This document shows, piece by piece, positions 38,431 to 47,955 of a stretch of 64,000 nucleotides of DNA. The translations under genes and the position numbers were made by a program. Every line of letters starts with the position of its first letter. Positions within the stretch are counted from its first letter, which is position 1. The stretch covers positions 64,001 through 128,000 of the forward strand of contig CAXXHA010000036.1 of assembly GCA_963662265.2 (NCBI GenBank). Reading direction: 5' to 3'. Source of the stretch: Spirochaetia bacterium. Lineage in GTDB: Bacteria; Spirochaetota; Spirochaetia; CADAEX01. The notes beneath the pieces are model-generated. The model made no database searches. It was not told the DNA's origin and was given only the letters and a program-made list of their open reading frames with translations.

Positions 38431-40137
38431 ATGACAACATTAATTATCATTATTGGTGCTGCAATTTATGTTGGTCTTTACCTGAAATACGGTAAAAGAC
38501 TGGAATCAACTGTGCAGGCATCAAATGACAAGGATGCTCCGTCTAAAGCTTTTTATGACGGTGTTGATTATGTTCCAAGCAAGGCGCCTGTTCTGTTCGG
38601 GCATCACTTTGCTTCTATTGCTGGAGCTGCGCCGATTATCGGCCCTGTTCTTGCAATGGCATGGGGTTGGGTTCCTGCTTTGCTGTGGATCTGGTTTGGT
38701 AACGCTCTTATCGGCGCAGTGCATGATTATCTTGCAGTAATGGCATCTGTAAGATATGACGGTAAATCAATCCAGTTTGTTGCTTCAGATATTATTACAA
38801 AAAGATCTGGTAAGCTTTTCTACTGGATAGTTTTCTTCCTGCTTATTCTGGTCGTAGCTGCATTTGCTGCAGTCTGCGGAAAAATGTTTGTCGGGAATCC
38901 TGCTATACCAACTTCTTATATCCTTAAAATTTGTGCAGCTCTTGTCCTTGGTGTCCTGATCTACAGGGTAAAGATGAATTTCACACTTGCAACTGTTATA
39001 GGTATTATAATGCTTATTCTTGCTCTCTGGGGAGGGGCTCTCATGCCTATTACAGCAAGTTATAAGACCTGGCTTGCCGTCTTTTTCTTTTATATAATCA
39101 TAGCAGCAGCTATCCCGGTCAATGTACTGCTTCAGCCGAGAGACTACCTTAACTCCTTTCTCCTTTATGCAGGTCTCATCCTGGGAGCTCTTGGTGCTAT
39201 CTTCAGTTTCCAGGGATTCTCAGCACCTGCATTTACATCTTTCTCTCCAATCGTAATGGGCGGAAAAACAACTCCTTTCTGGCCTGCAATTCCTCTTGTA
39301 ATTGCATGCGGATCTCTTTCCGGTTTCCATTCACTTGTTGGTTCAGGAACAACATCAAAACAGATAGAAAAAGAATCAGATGCCCTTCCAATCGGATATG
39401 GTGCAATGCTTACAGAAGGTTTTCTGTCAACAATCGTTGTAGTTTCTGTAGCCGGGTTCGGTTTCGGAATTATGAAAGATGCAGGACAGACTATAACAGC
39501 TGCCGGATGGGGAACTGAATATACAAAAGCAATGATGGGAAGTTATCCAAGTGCTGCAATGTTCACAGAAAGCTATGCAGTCATGATTGCATCCACATGG
39601 CTTAAGTTTATCCCTACAAATGCTGTAAAACTTCTTGCAGGAATGTGGGTATCCTCATTTGCTATGACAACTCTCGATACAACAAACAGACTGGGAAGAT
39701 ACTGCTTTGCGGAAATCATGCTTCCAATTAAGGATAAGAATGAATCTGCCTATAATTTTCTTACAAATAAATGGGTCGCATCAATTGTTCCTGCAGCTAT
39801 AGGTATATGGCTTGCATGGAGCGGAAGCTTCACAGTTGTATGGCCTTCATTCGGTTCTGCAAACCAGCTTATTGCTTCAATGGCTCTCATTACAGGCGCT
39901 TCATGGGTAACATCAAAACTCGGAGCAAAAGGTTCCGCAGTTCTTATACCGGCATATGCTTTATGGGTTACAGTTACTGCTGCTATTATCTGGTTTTCCG
40001 CAGTTATTCTCCCTGCATCAATTGCAAAGAATGCTGCTACAGGAATAACACTGCTTTGTATTGAGATAATCATGCTTCTCATGAATGTCATATTTATTAT
40101 TGATTTCATGAAAACAAGAAAAGAGGCTGCAAAGTAA
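38431..40137 (+). CDS. cstA: Carbon starvation protein A family transporter
   Basis: Motifs DGVDYVP, FGHHFASIAGAAPIIGP, LLQPRDY, IACGSLSGFH, GYGAMLTEG and TTLDT. Confidence 0.95.
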   Translation: MTTLIIIIGAAIYVGLYLKYGKRLESTVQASNDKDAPSKAFYDGVDYVPSKAPVLFGHHFASIAGAAPIIGPVLAMAWGWVPALLWIWFGNALIGAVHDYLAVMASVRYDGKSIQFVASDIITKRSGKLFYWIVFFLLILVVAAFAAVCGKMFVGNPAIPTSYILKICAALVLGVLIYRVKMNFTLATVIGIIMLILALWGGALMPITASYKTWLAVFFFYIIIAAAIPVNVLLQPRDYLNSFLLYAGLILGALGAIFSFQGFSAPAFTSFSPIVMGGKTTPFWPAIPLVIACGSLSGFHSLVGSGTTSKQIEKESDALPIGYGAMLTEGFLSTIVVVSVAGFGFGIMKDAGQTITAAGWGTEYTKAMMGSYPSAAMFTESYAVMIASTWLKFIPTNAVKLLAGMWVSSFAMTTLDTTNRLGRYCFAEIMLPIKDKNESAYNFLTNKWVASIVPAAIGIWLAWSGSFTVVWPSFGSANQLIASMALITGASWVTSKLGAKGSAVLIPAYALWVTVTAAIIWFSAVILPASIAKNAATGITLLCIEIIMLLMNVIFIIDFMKTRKEAAK

Positions 40138-40142
40138 AAGCT

Positions 40143-40433
40143 ATGATTAAAAAGATAAAAAAGATTTATAAATCCATAGTCTTTTTTATATCTTCAATAG
40201 ACCAGGCGCACAGAATGAAAGCTGTGGAAGTTACTGAATATGAACTTCGTGAGCTTGAAAATCTTTTTGTGCTACTTCTGATGGGATCCTTTACAGGGAT
40301 CCCGTCACCTTCCACCCTTGTTTCTGCTGAACTCATTCCCCATCTTACAAAGGAAATAGAAGTCCTTAACAAGAGGGCTGAAGATGCATTTGATGCATTC
40401 AATGAACTGGCAGGAACAATAGGTATAGACTAG
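40143..40433 (+). CDS. Small CstA/ArsA-associated protein (resembles 'CC-star'-type proteins but has no terminal CC)
   Basis: ELRELENLFVLLLMGSFTGIPSP...ELIP motif; lies between cstA and the ArsA-like gene. Confidence 0.7.
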   Translation: MIKKIKKIYKSIVFFISSIDQAHRMKAVEVTEYELRELENLFVLLLMGSFTGIPSPSTLVSAELIPHLTKEIEVLNKRAEDAFDAFNELAGTIGID

Positions 40434-40440
40434 AGAAAAC

Positions 40441-41364
40441 ATGAAATCATTATTTTTCACAGGAAAAGGGGGAGTAGGTAAATCGACACTCTCATCTGCA
40501 TTCGGATACCAGCTTTCGGAAGCCGGGTATAAGGTTCTGGTTGTTTCTCTTGACCCTGCGCATAACTTGGGGGATATCTTCAATGTGAAGCTTAACAGCG
40601 GGGATGTGAAATTTACAGGAAATCTTTTTCTTTCCGAAGTCGATCTTGCTAAAGCATCGAAAAAATATCTTAAGGAAAATACAAAAGTATTTGAAGAGGT
40701 CTACGGTTACCTCAAGGTTCTGAACCTTGACCGTTATTTCAATATCCTCAAATACACTCCCGGAATGGAGGAGAATGCTGCGTTAATTGAGATTGAAAGG
40801 ATATATTCTGAAGGGGAAAAATATGATTACATCATATTTGATACACCGCCTACAGGTATAACATTGAGAATCCTTGCTCTCCCTTCAATAACAATTAACT
40901 GGCTCGAGCAACTTATTGGAATAAGGAAACAGATTCTTGATAAAAGATATACAATAAGAAAAGTACGTGACGGAAAGACAGAATCAGAAAAACTTAATTA
41001 TGATGAAAGTGATGATAAAGTCATAATGAAGCTTTACAAAATGCATGAGAAATACAGAAAACTCGAGTCAGTCCTCAAGGGAGAGGATAATACTGTTTCT
41101 GTTGTTTTTAACCCCGATTTCCTGTCGATGAAGGAATCAGAGCGGCTGATAGAAAGCCTTGATGAACTTAATATCCCTTTAAGGCTTACATTTAACAATA
41201 AATATGATAACTGTATGGCTGAAGATGCTGAAAAAATTGAAAAGCATCTTCTTTCCGGCAGAAGCGGTGTAATAAACCAGCGTGTAGGATTTTCTGATCA
41301 TAAGAATATTCCTGGGTATATGATTCCGGATAACCTGACAGAAAACTATCTTAAGGAGTACTGA
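40441..41364 (+). CDS. ArsA/Get3(TRC40)-family ATPase, single domain
   Basis: Motifs GKGGVGKST, SLDPAHNL, PGMEE, FDTPPTG and NK. Confidence 0.92.
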   Translation: MKSLFFTGKGGVGKSTLSSAFGYQLSEAGYKVLVVSLDPAHNLGDIFNVKLNSGDVKFTGNLFLSEVDLAKASKKYLKENTKVFEEVYGYLKVLNLDRYFNILKYTPGMEENAALIEIERIYSEGEKYDYIIFDTPPTGITLRILALPSITINWLEQLIGIRKQILDKRYTIRKVRDGKTESEKLNYDESDDKVIMKLYKMHEKYRKLESVLKGEDNTVSVVFNPDFLSMKESERLIESLDELNIPLRLTFNNKYDNCMAEDAEKIEKHLLSGRSGVINQRVGFSDHKNIPGYMIPDNLTENYLKEY

Positions 41365-42035
41365 TGTTTAATAATACGCAGATTGTAACCCAGCCTATAT
41401 TTCACCTTTTTGTTGCTTTTTCACTGATTCTCACAATAATATATTTCCGGGGAGCCAGGAAAAACAAGAGGATTTATCTTTCAGCGTTCAACAGCTTAAA
41501 GGATATTATAAAACCAAATGATGAAGTTTATACCAACATAGGCGGATTTACAGGCTATCATGCAAAATTCAGCATGAAGGGAAACAGCAGGTTTAAATCT
41601 GCTGAAGCTACAATAACAATGCTGCCCCGACAGTCAGGCCTTTATTATCCTGTAAGCAGAATGCTTATGAAGTTTGACAGGCTTTTTGTAAGTTTTACCC
41701 TGAGAGAAAAACTCCCTGAGGCAGTTACAGAATCCCATCTGATAGAGAAGAATTTTTCGACTTTCAAAACACTCAAAATTCATAATCATGAAGATTTTCA
41801 GATAGAAGAAATCAGATGGGGAAGGAATGAATTTCTCGTTTATTTCAAGGATGAAGAGGGGCGCAAGCGCTTTAACAGCCTTATGAAATCTATGCCGGAT
41901 CCGGGGGAGATAAGGCATGTTGCTGTAGTCCCTGAGCATAACAGGATATTCGCATTTATGGTGCCTGTTTACGGAAAAGTCGGGGAATGGTTTGCTCCTG
42001 TATTTCCGTGGATAAAGGGAATTGCTGCAGGTTAG
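41364..42035 (+). CDS. Hypothetical membrane-anchored protein
   Basis: TGATG overlap with the ATPase gene; N-terminal TM; YTNIGGFTGYHA and LPRQS motifs. Confidence 0.75.
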   Translation: MFNNTQIVTQPIFHLFVAFSLILTIIYFRGARKNKRIYLSAFNSLKDIIKPNDEVYTNIGGFTGYHAKFSMKGNSRFKSAEATITMLPRQSGLYYPVSRMLMKFDRLFVSFTLREKLPEAVTESHLIEKNFSTFKTLKIHNHEDFQIEEIRWGRNEFLVYFKDEEGRKRFNSLMKSMPDPGEIRHVAVVPEHNRIFAFMVPVYGKVGEWFAPVFPWIKGIAAG

Positions 42036-42085
42036 ACTTTCTTACAGCCCGGGAGATCAGATGAATAAAAGAGAATAAAGTTTAT

Positions 42086-42694
42086 TTAACCTGCTGTCCA
42101 TGCAGCTGAGGCTACTGTTTCCTTACCGTCAAGAATCAGCCCTTCAAAAAGATCACCCTTTGATATAGTTCCCACTCCTGAAGGTGTTCCTGTCATTACA
42201 ATATCCCCGTCATTCAGTGTGAAATGTTTCTTTATTTCCTTTAGAATTTCATCTGGTTTATGTATCATATGTTCTTCGTCAGATGCCTGAACAATATTCC
42301 TGTTGATTTTAAGTACAACAGACAGGTCTATTGTGCAGTCAGTCTCAATAAACGGACTGAAAAGAGCAGAACCGTCAAACGCTTTTGCCTTTTCCCATGG
42401 AAGACCTTTCTGTTTCAGCCGGCTCTGAAGCTCTCTCTTTGTCAGGTCAAGTCCGAATGCAGCAGCCCTGAATCCTCCGTCAAAATACATCAATGACAAT
42501 TCCCCCTCATAGTGCAGCTGCTCTCCTGAGAAGGAGATGAGAGTATCTGAAATTGATGAATTAGGTTTTATGAAAAGAACAATCTCATCAGGTATTTCGT
42601 TGTTCAGTTCTCTGATGTGGTTTACAAAGTTTCTGCCCACACATACAATTTTAGAAGGAGTAATTTTTTCATTGTTAAATACTACTGTATTCAT
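42086..42694 (-). CDS. Fumarylacetoacetate hydrolase family protein
   Basis: Motifs KIVCVGRN, FIKP, HYEGEL, DLTKRELQ, WEKAKAFD and GDIVMTGTPSGVG. Confidence 0.93.
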   Translation of the reverse strand: MNTVVFNNEKITPSKIVCVGRNFVNHIRELNNEIPDEIVLFIKPNSSISDTLISFSGEQLHYEGELSLMYFDGGFRAAAFGLDLTKRELQSRLKQKGLPWEKAKAFDGSALFSPFIETDCTIDLSVVLKINRNIVQASDEEHMIHKPDEILKEIKKHFTLNDGDIVMTGTPSGVGTISKGDLFEGLILDGKETVASAAWTAG

Positions 42695-42815
42695 CCGGAT
42701 AAACCTCTTTTAATTTAAAACTTTATATTTTCAATACACATATAATGTGTATTCTTTAATTTCTATTCATAAACTATATAAACAGCAGGAACAATAAATC
42801 CCTGTTTAATCTATT

Positions 42816-44513
42816 TCAGTTTTCAGTCTCGATTATTACCGGTTTGACTTTTTTATAATCAGGCATTGTCATTCCTACTGATGCATTTATATAGGTCGGA
42901 TCACAAACTGTGTATTTTTTCCCATTGTAAGTGAAGTTATCACCCTTTACCTTTGAACTAAAATTTACAGCAGCAGCAATATGTCCCGGATAGTCAAGCG
43001 CGACTGCATCAAGGCCAGTGAGTTCCTTTACAATTGATATAAAGAGGGCTGACCTGTCTTCACAGTCTATGTAAGGGTAATGAAGTGTTTCATCGGGAAA
43101 CATCGGTTTTTCATACCCGAACTGGCTGTCGTCTGTCCTGTATTTAAAGCCTTTCTGAACAAATGTGAGAATGAACTGTACAGCATCTTTTTCATCCATC
43201 CCTTTTATATAAGGATAGAGGCTTTTCCTGTAAGATTCTGAAGCCTTCTCAGATACATTTTTCCTGAAGTAATATGAAATATCCACTTGGGGATACTCAT
43301 TGTAGTAATTTATAAGGCTGTTGTTGTATTCGAGGCTTACAGGGTATTTCTTCCTCTTGTAGGTGAATGATGTATTTCTTTTCTGCGTATCAGATTTGAA
43401 AAGCTCCGGGTTTTCAGGCGTCAGCCTTACAATTTCCGGTTTTTTAACAAAATCCCCTGAATAAGTCCTGATTTTTTCATTCTTTGATGATGTTTTGTTA
43501 TAAAAATAGTAGTGCTTGTTTTTCTCTGTAATGTAGGGGGCAGCATATACTTTTACTTCAGGTACATAGAGAAGATAAACGTTCCAGTCGGAATATGCGA
43601 TCTTAACATCATAACCTGATTTAATAAGCAGAAACCATGTCATAAGAATTCTGTCTTTTTCAGCGCTGTACAGCTTAGCTGAAGTTTTTTCTGCTATTTT
43701 AAGAACAGACCATCCGTTCATTTTGTAATCGGTATTCAGTGATTTCAGCCAGTCAGATGTGGGATCCATTTTCTGCTCTGAATAATACTCAAAGAATTCC
43801 GATATTGATTTATTATTTACTCTGCCTGTTTTCCCTTTTAGCCTGAGATCTGAAGGAAGCGGGACAGAGAGCGGTGAGCCGTAAAAATCAATATTCAAAT
43901 ATTTGATTCCCATTTTATTTTCCGCAGCAGGGAGTTTTACAGGTCTTTCTGCTGGTTTTTCTCCTCCGGGAGAGGGAAGTGCTTTTTCTGCAGGTACAGA
44001 TGCAATTTTTCCTGATGTACCGGGGGATATACTTTCTGATTCTTTATTGCTGTCTTTTTTGGGTGAATCTGATTTACCGGGACTTTCTGAAGTCTTTAAT
44101 CCCGGCTCTTTTAAACCTGTCTCTTTTACAACTTTTGCAGGGTTATCAGCTGCAATTGATCCCGGTTTTAAATCCGGTTCAGGTCTGCTGTCTGAAGAAA
44201 GATTTTCCGGTTTTCCCGGTTTTGTCAGTTTTGGATCATCCCGGTCAGGACTTATCTCTTTTTCCGAAGCTCCTTCTTCCGGCGCTTCCGGCTGCTTAAC
44301 AGGTTTCGGTTCTGTATCAATTATAAATCCTGCCTGGGTCTGGAATTCCTCCCATTCCTTTTTAAGCATGTCGGAAAAGGCTTTTTCCTGTTCAGATAGA
44401 AAGCTTTTGAAAGCTTTCTTCTGTTTTTTCTTCCACTTATCAAAATCATTTTCTGCGTATGCAGATGAAGCGGAAACTGCAGCAATTAAAATAATCAATA
44501 CTGTTTTTTTCAT
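42816..44513 (-). CDS. Secreted protein with Pro/Lys/Ser-rich linker and C-terminal transglutaminase-like (Cys-His-Asp) domain
   Basis: Signal peptide MKKTVLII...AYA; DCEDRS, YPGHIAAAV and CDPTY. Confidence 0.7.
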   Translation of the reverse strand: MKKTVLIILIAAVSASSAYAENDFDKWKKKQKKAFKSFLSEQEKAFSDMLKKEWEEFQTQAGFIIDTEPKPVKQPEAPEEGASEKEISPDRDDPKLTKPGKPENLSSDSRPEPDLKPGSIAADNPAKVVKETGLKEPGLKTSESPGKSDSPKKDSNKESESISPGTSGKIASVPAEKALPSPGGEKPAERPVKLPAAENKMGIKYLNIDFYGSPLSVPLPSDLRLKGKTGRVNNKSISEFFEYYSEQKMDPTSDWLKSLNTDYKMNGWSVLKIAEKTSAKLYSAEKDRILMTWFLLIKSGYDVKIAYSDWNVYLLYVPEVKVYAAPYITEKNKHYYFYNKTSSKNEKIRTYSGDFVKKPEIVRLTPENPELFKSDTQKRNTSFTYKRKKYPVSLEYNNSLINYYNEYPQVDISYYFRKNVSEKASESYRKSLYPYIKGMDEKDAVQFILTFVQKGFKYRTDDSQFGYEKPMFPDETLHYPYIDCEDRSALFISIVKELTGLDAVALDYPGHIAAAVNFSSKVKGDNFTYNGKKYTVCDPTYINASVGMTMPDYKKVKPVIIETEN

Positions 44514-44845
44514 ATTATTAATATAACACATTAAGGCTTGTGATAAAAATATAGAATAAAAATAATTCAATTGGAAATTACAATTCAACTATTAAAGGTA
44601 TCTCTTTTCTGCGAGATAGTCTGTGCTGTTCTCTTTTTGTGTCAATCCTGAATTTAATACTGTTTTAAACAGCAAAACCCGATAGCATACAAATAACTTC
44701 CTGTATTTTTTATATAATAAGTGTATAATGGCAGAACTGCTTACAGAGGATTACCATTCGGGAAAATCCAGGCGGATATATAGAATTTAAAATATGCAGC
44801 AATTAAAAATGTATCTATTTCAGCTGAACAGAAAGAGGAAGAGTA

Positions 44846-46273
44846 ATGGCTAAAACTTTTAAAATTATATTATTGTTGATTTTCACATCTCTGCTTGTAT
44901 TATCCTGTGGGAAAAATGAAAAAGCATTCCAGGCAGATTTCGATACAGCTGTTAAAGGCAAACAGGGCGAGCAGCTTCTTAATGCCCTCAAAGAACTGGA
45001 TGTTAAATATGAGGATAAACTCATACTCAAGATTAACCTTTCAGCTCTTTATCTTTCTGTAGGTGAGCTTGAAAAAGCAGTTGCCTATCTGAATGACGGT
45101 CTTCCCCTTGCTGAAAAAAGCAAAAAACCTGAAGAAAAATATATGTTTTATGCAAATTATGCGGAATACCTTCTGAGGGACGAAAAATACAAAGAATGTG
45201 AAAAATATGCCAGAATCTCTCTTGAAAACACAGAACAGGATACCCTCGGGGTTTCCCTGACTCTTGCAAAATCAATGACTGCCCTGAAAAAATATACAGA
45301 AGCATACAATATCTTTAAAGAGAGCTGGAAAAATATTGGCCTTCTGTTTTCGGAAGAAGACATCAATGCATTTATCTTTATTCTTTCCCAGGTCCCCTCA
45401 AGTCAGGAAAACCTTGTGATCCATGTAACTCTTCTTGATGAACTCAGGGTGAAAAATCCCCAGCTCAACAAGCTTGGACTTGATCAGGCAAGGCTGCTTG
45501 AAAGGGCAGGTGCGCCATTAAGCGCGCTTGTTGCAATACTTTCAGAAATTGAATTTTCCCGCTATAAAGGCACAATAGACAACGCTGGAATTGAAAGAAA
45601 CCTTAATGCTCTTGCCGCAAAATTTAACAATCCTGATTTCAAGGAAAGGGGGCAGGCAGGGCTCAAGATGATTGAAGGATATGCAGATTTCATTAATGAA
45701 CGGTGGGACAGAGCAGATGCTGTTTTTACTCAGCTTAATCCTGAACTCCCTATGACCTTCTATTACTACCTCAGACTTGCATCAAGGCTACAGACAGGTT
45801 TCGGCACGAAAGAGGACTTTGGAGCATATGTATCACTCGAACGAAACTATTCCACCATGCAGGGATATTATTATCATTTCTGGAAGGGGCTTAAAAAAGC
45901 GGGAACTGACTATACCAAAGAAGCTGCAGAACCTGCTCTCAGGGGCTGTATAATTGCATCCCCATATACAGGATATGCAGAGCAGTCCCGTGTTGAACTC
46001 GGGAACCTCTACGGTGTAGATGGGGGGGAGAAAATAATCCTTCCCGAGGAGCTTGTATTCTTTTACCAGAGTATTTTAAACGGTGCTCCCCTTGAAATAC
46101 TCGAACCTGTTGCCTCTTTCCTGAGCATGGAGGACAATGTATTTGTACAGGATGCAATGGTACTCATGAAAGAAGCTTTCACTAATGAAAAGATATCTGA
46201 GTGGTTTAAAAACAAGGCTGAAAAAGAGGGGAACGAAATATTCAAAAAACGGGTTGAATCGCTTCTTTCTTAA
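44846..46273 (+). CDS. TPR-like lipoprotein
   Basis: Lipobox LVLSC; TPR-like repeats such as LSALYLSVGELEKAVAYL. Confidence 0.75.
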   Translation: MAKTFKIILLLIFTSLLVLSCGKNEKAFQADFDTAVKGKQGEQLLNALKELDVKYEDKLILKINLSALYLSVGELEKAVAYLNDGLPLAEKSKKPEEKYMFYANYAEYLLRDEKYKECEKYARISLENTEQDTLGVSLTLAKSMTALKKYTEAYNIFKESWKNIGLLFSEEDINAFIFILSQVPSSQENLVIHVTLLDELRVKNPQLNKLGLDQARLLERAGAPLSALVAILSEIEFSRYKGTIDNAGIERNLNALAAKFNNPDFKERGQAGLKMIEGYADFINERWDRADAVFTQLNPELPMTFYYYLRLASRLQTGFGTKEDFGAYVSLERNYSTMQGYYYHFWKGLKKAGTDYTKEAAEPALRGCIIASPYTGYAEQSRVELGNLYGVDGGEKIILPEELVFFYQSILNGAPLEILEPVASFLSMEDNVFVQDAMVLMKEAFTNEKISEWFKNKAEKEGNEIFKKRVESLLS

Positions 46274-46327
46274 GCAGCTTGAAAATCTGGAAATAAGAAT
46301 AATCTATTCTGATATTGGAACTTTTTT

Positions 46328-46771
46328 ATGAAATGGGAAATCACCGGATCTGAATATCTGGTCAGAGATAAATGGCTCAAATTGAGAGCTGATTCCTGCA
46401 GAATGCCTAATGGCAATATTGTTGAACCTTATTATGTGTTTGAATATTCGCCATGGGTAAATGTGCTTGGAATAACAGAAAACAACGAAGTTATTCTTGT
46501 CAGGCAGTACCGCCATGGAATTCAGGATATAGTGCTTGAACTGCCCGGGGGATGTGTTGATGAGAATGAAGAACCTATTGATGCAGTCAAGAGGGAACTT
46601 CTTGAGGAAACCGGATATACGGGAGGTGATTTTACACAGACATGCACGATATCTGCAAATCCTGCAAGCCATACAAATAAAACATACTGCTTCCTCGCTA
46701 CCGGTCTTGTAAAAGTAAGTGATATTTCTCTATTCTCACAACTGTTTAAATATTTAAAAATTTTTAATTAA
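46328..46771 (+). CDS. NUDIX hydrolase (ADP-ribose pyrophosphatase-like), apparently C-terminally truncated
   Basis: LVRQYRHG and the Nudix box GGCVDENEEPIDAVKRELLEETG; similarity ends at FLATGLVKVS and is followed by an AT-rich tail. Confidence 0.8.
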   Translation: MKWEITGSEYLVRDKWLKLRADSCRMPNGNIVEPYYVFEYSPWVNVLGITENNEVILVRQYRHGIQDIVLELPGGCVDENEEPIDAVKRELLEETGYTGGDFTQTCTISANPASHTNKTYCFLATGLVKVSDISLFSQLFKYLKIFN

Positions 46772-46874
46772 ATTCCTGAATATATCAGGTTCCGTAAAAT
46801 AATAAAAATACATTCTGAAATTATTAACCTGTTATTTCTGAAGCATTTTCTCCTAATAATCAGTCATATTATAT

Positions 46875-47489
46875 ATGATTATTTTACTCATTATTATTTT
46901 AACCTCATGTTCTCAAGGTGACAGTCCGGAAATCCTCACTGAATTAAAAAATGCGAAATCCCTTTATATAAAAGGTGAGACAGATACTGCGCTTTCATTG
47001 CTTGAAAGGATTGAAGTAGAAAAGCCTGATTTTATACCTGCTCTTTATCTTTCCGGAAAGATATACATTTTGAAAAACAATCCTGATAAAGCAGATGAAA
47101 AGTGGCGGAAAATTATTAAAGAGTCTCCCTGTCATATTCAGGCAGGTAAGCAGCTGATAAAACTCTGCACCAATCAGAAAAGATATGAAGAGGCGGAGGC
47201 TATTCTGATAAGGCTTTTTGAGTTTTCTGCTGATGACCCGGAATTGCTGATTCTTGCAGGAAAGCTTCGGAAAAGCGAAGGGAGATTTCTTGAGGCAATA
47301 GAATACTACAGCAAATCATTTCTGTTTGAAGACAGGATTATGGATGCCCATATTGATATTGCAGAAATCTACGGAAGATACGGTCTTTCAGATAAATCAG
47401 AATTACATCTGGAAAAAGCTGCTGCAATAGGAGGAGGGGAACATGAGTTATATGAACCTGTCATGTCTGTTCTTGAAAAGAAGAAATAA
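46875..47489 (+). CDS. TPR-repeat lipoprotein
   Basis: Short lipoprotein signal ILTSC; repeated TPR motifs (ALYLSGKIY, LILAGKL, AHIDIAEIY). Confidence 0.8.
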   Translation: MIILLIIILTSCSQGDSPEILTELKNAKSLYIKGETDTALSLLERIEVEKPDFIPALYLSGKIYILKNNPDKADEKWRKIIKESPCHIQAGKQLIKLCTNQKRYEEAEAILIRLFEFSADDPELLILAGKLRKSEGRFLEAIEYYSKSFLFEDRIMDAHIDIAEIYGRYGLSDKSELHLEKAAAIGGGEHELYEPVMSVLEKKK

Positions 47490-47943
47490 TAAAAAACTGA
47501 TGCATTGCAGATATCTGCTGTCAGCTTTTCTATGTGTTTTTACTGCCGGCTGTGTCTTTTTATCAGGCCCGATAAAGACTTCTTATGAGAGAGATGAAGG
47601 CACAGAAAAGCTTATACAGGAAAAAGGTCTTAGTATTGAAAACATAACTGTAAAAAAGAGTTTTGACAGCGAAGCTGTTAAGGAAAATGCATTCTATGCT
47701 TTTAATGTCCTGCTTGGCCCTTATACAGGTAAAGGACTGAAGACTGATGTTGTCCTTAAAGAGGACTCATTTATAAAGGGTTTTGATCAGCTTAATACAG
47801 TTTCACTCGAGATTAAAGTAAAAGATAGAAATAACAGGATTTTTAAAATAGTTCTTATTACTGAAGAGTCAGAAAACACCCTCTCATCCTACAGCTATCT
47901 TTATAGAATTATTGAAAAGGGGATAAAGGAGACCGGCCTTTAA
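47443..47943 (+). CDS. Hypothetical lipoprotein (alternative start 47500)
   Basis: Lipobox-like FTAGC; in operon context. Confidence 0.65.
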   Translation: MSYMNLSCLFLKRRNNKKLMHCRYLLSAFLCVFTAGCVFLSGPIKTSYERDEGTEKLIQEKGLSIENITVKKSFDSEAVKENAFYAFNVLLGPYTGKGLKTDVVLKEDSFIKGFDQLNTVSLEIKVKDRNNRIFKIVLITEESENTLSSYSYLYRIIEKGIKETGL

Positions 47944-47955
47944 ACAGGTGGATGT

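Noticed and set aside
40441-41364. ArsA as an arsenic-resistance determinant
   Set aside because: Single ATPase domain, no metalloid-binding Cys cluster, and no arsB/acr3/arsC/arsR context.
43903-44526. 207-aa plus-strand ORF and the many other short nested ORFs in the track
   Set aside because: They are antisense or out-of-frame shadows of well-supported genes, with no motifs or RBS.
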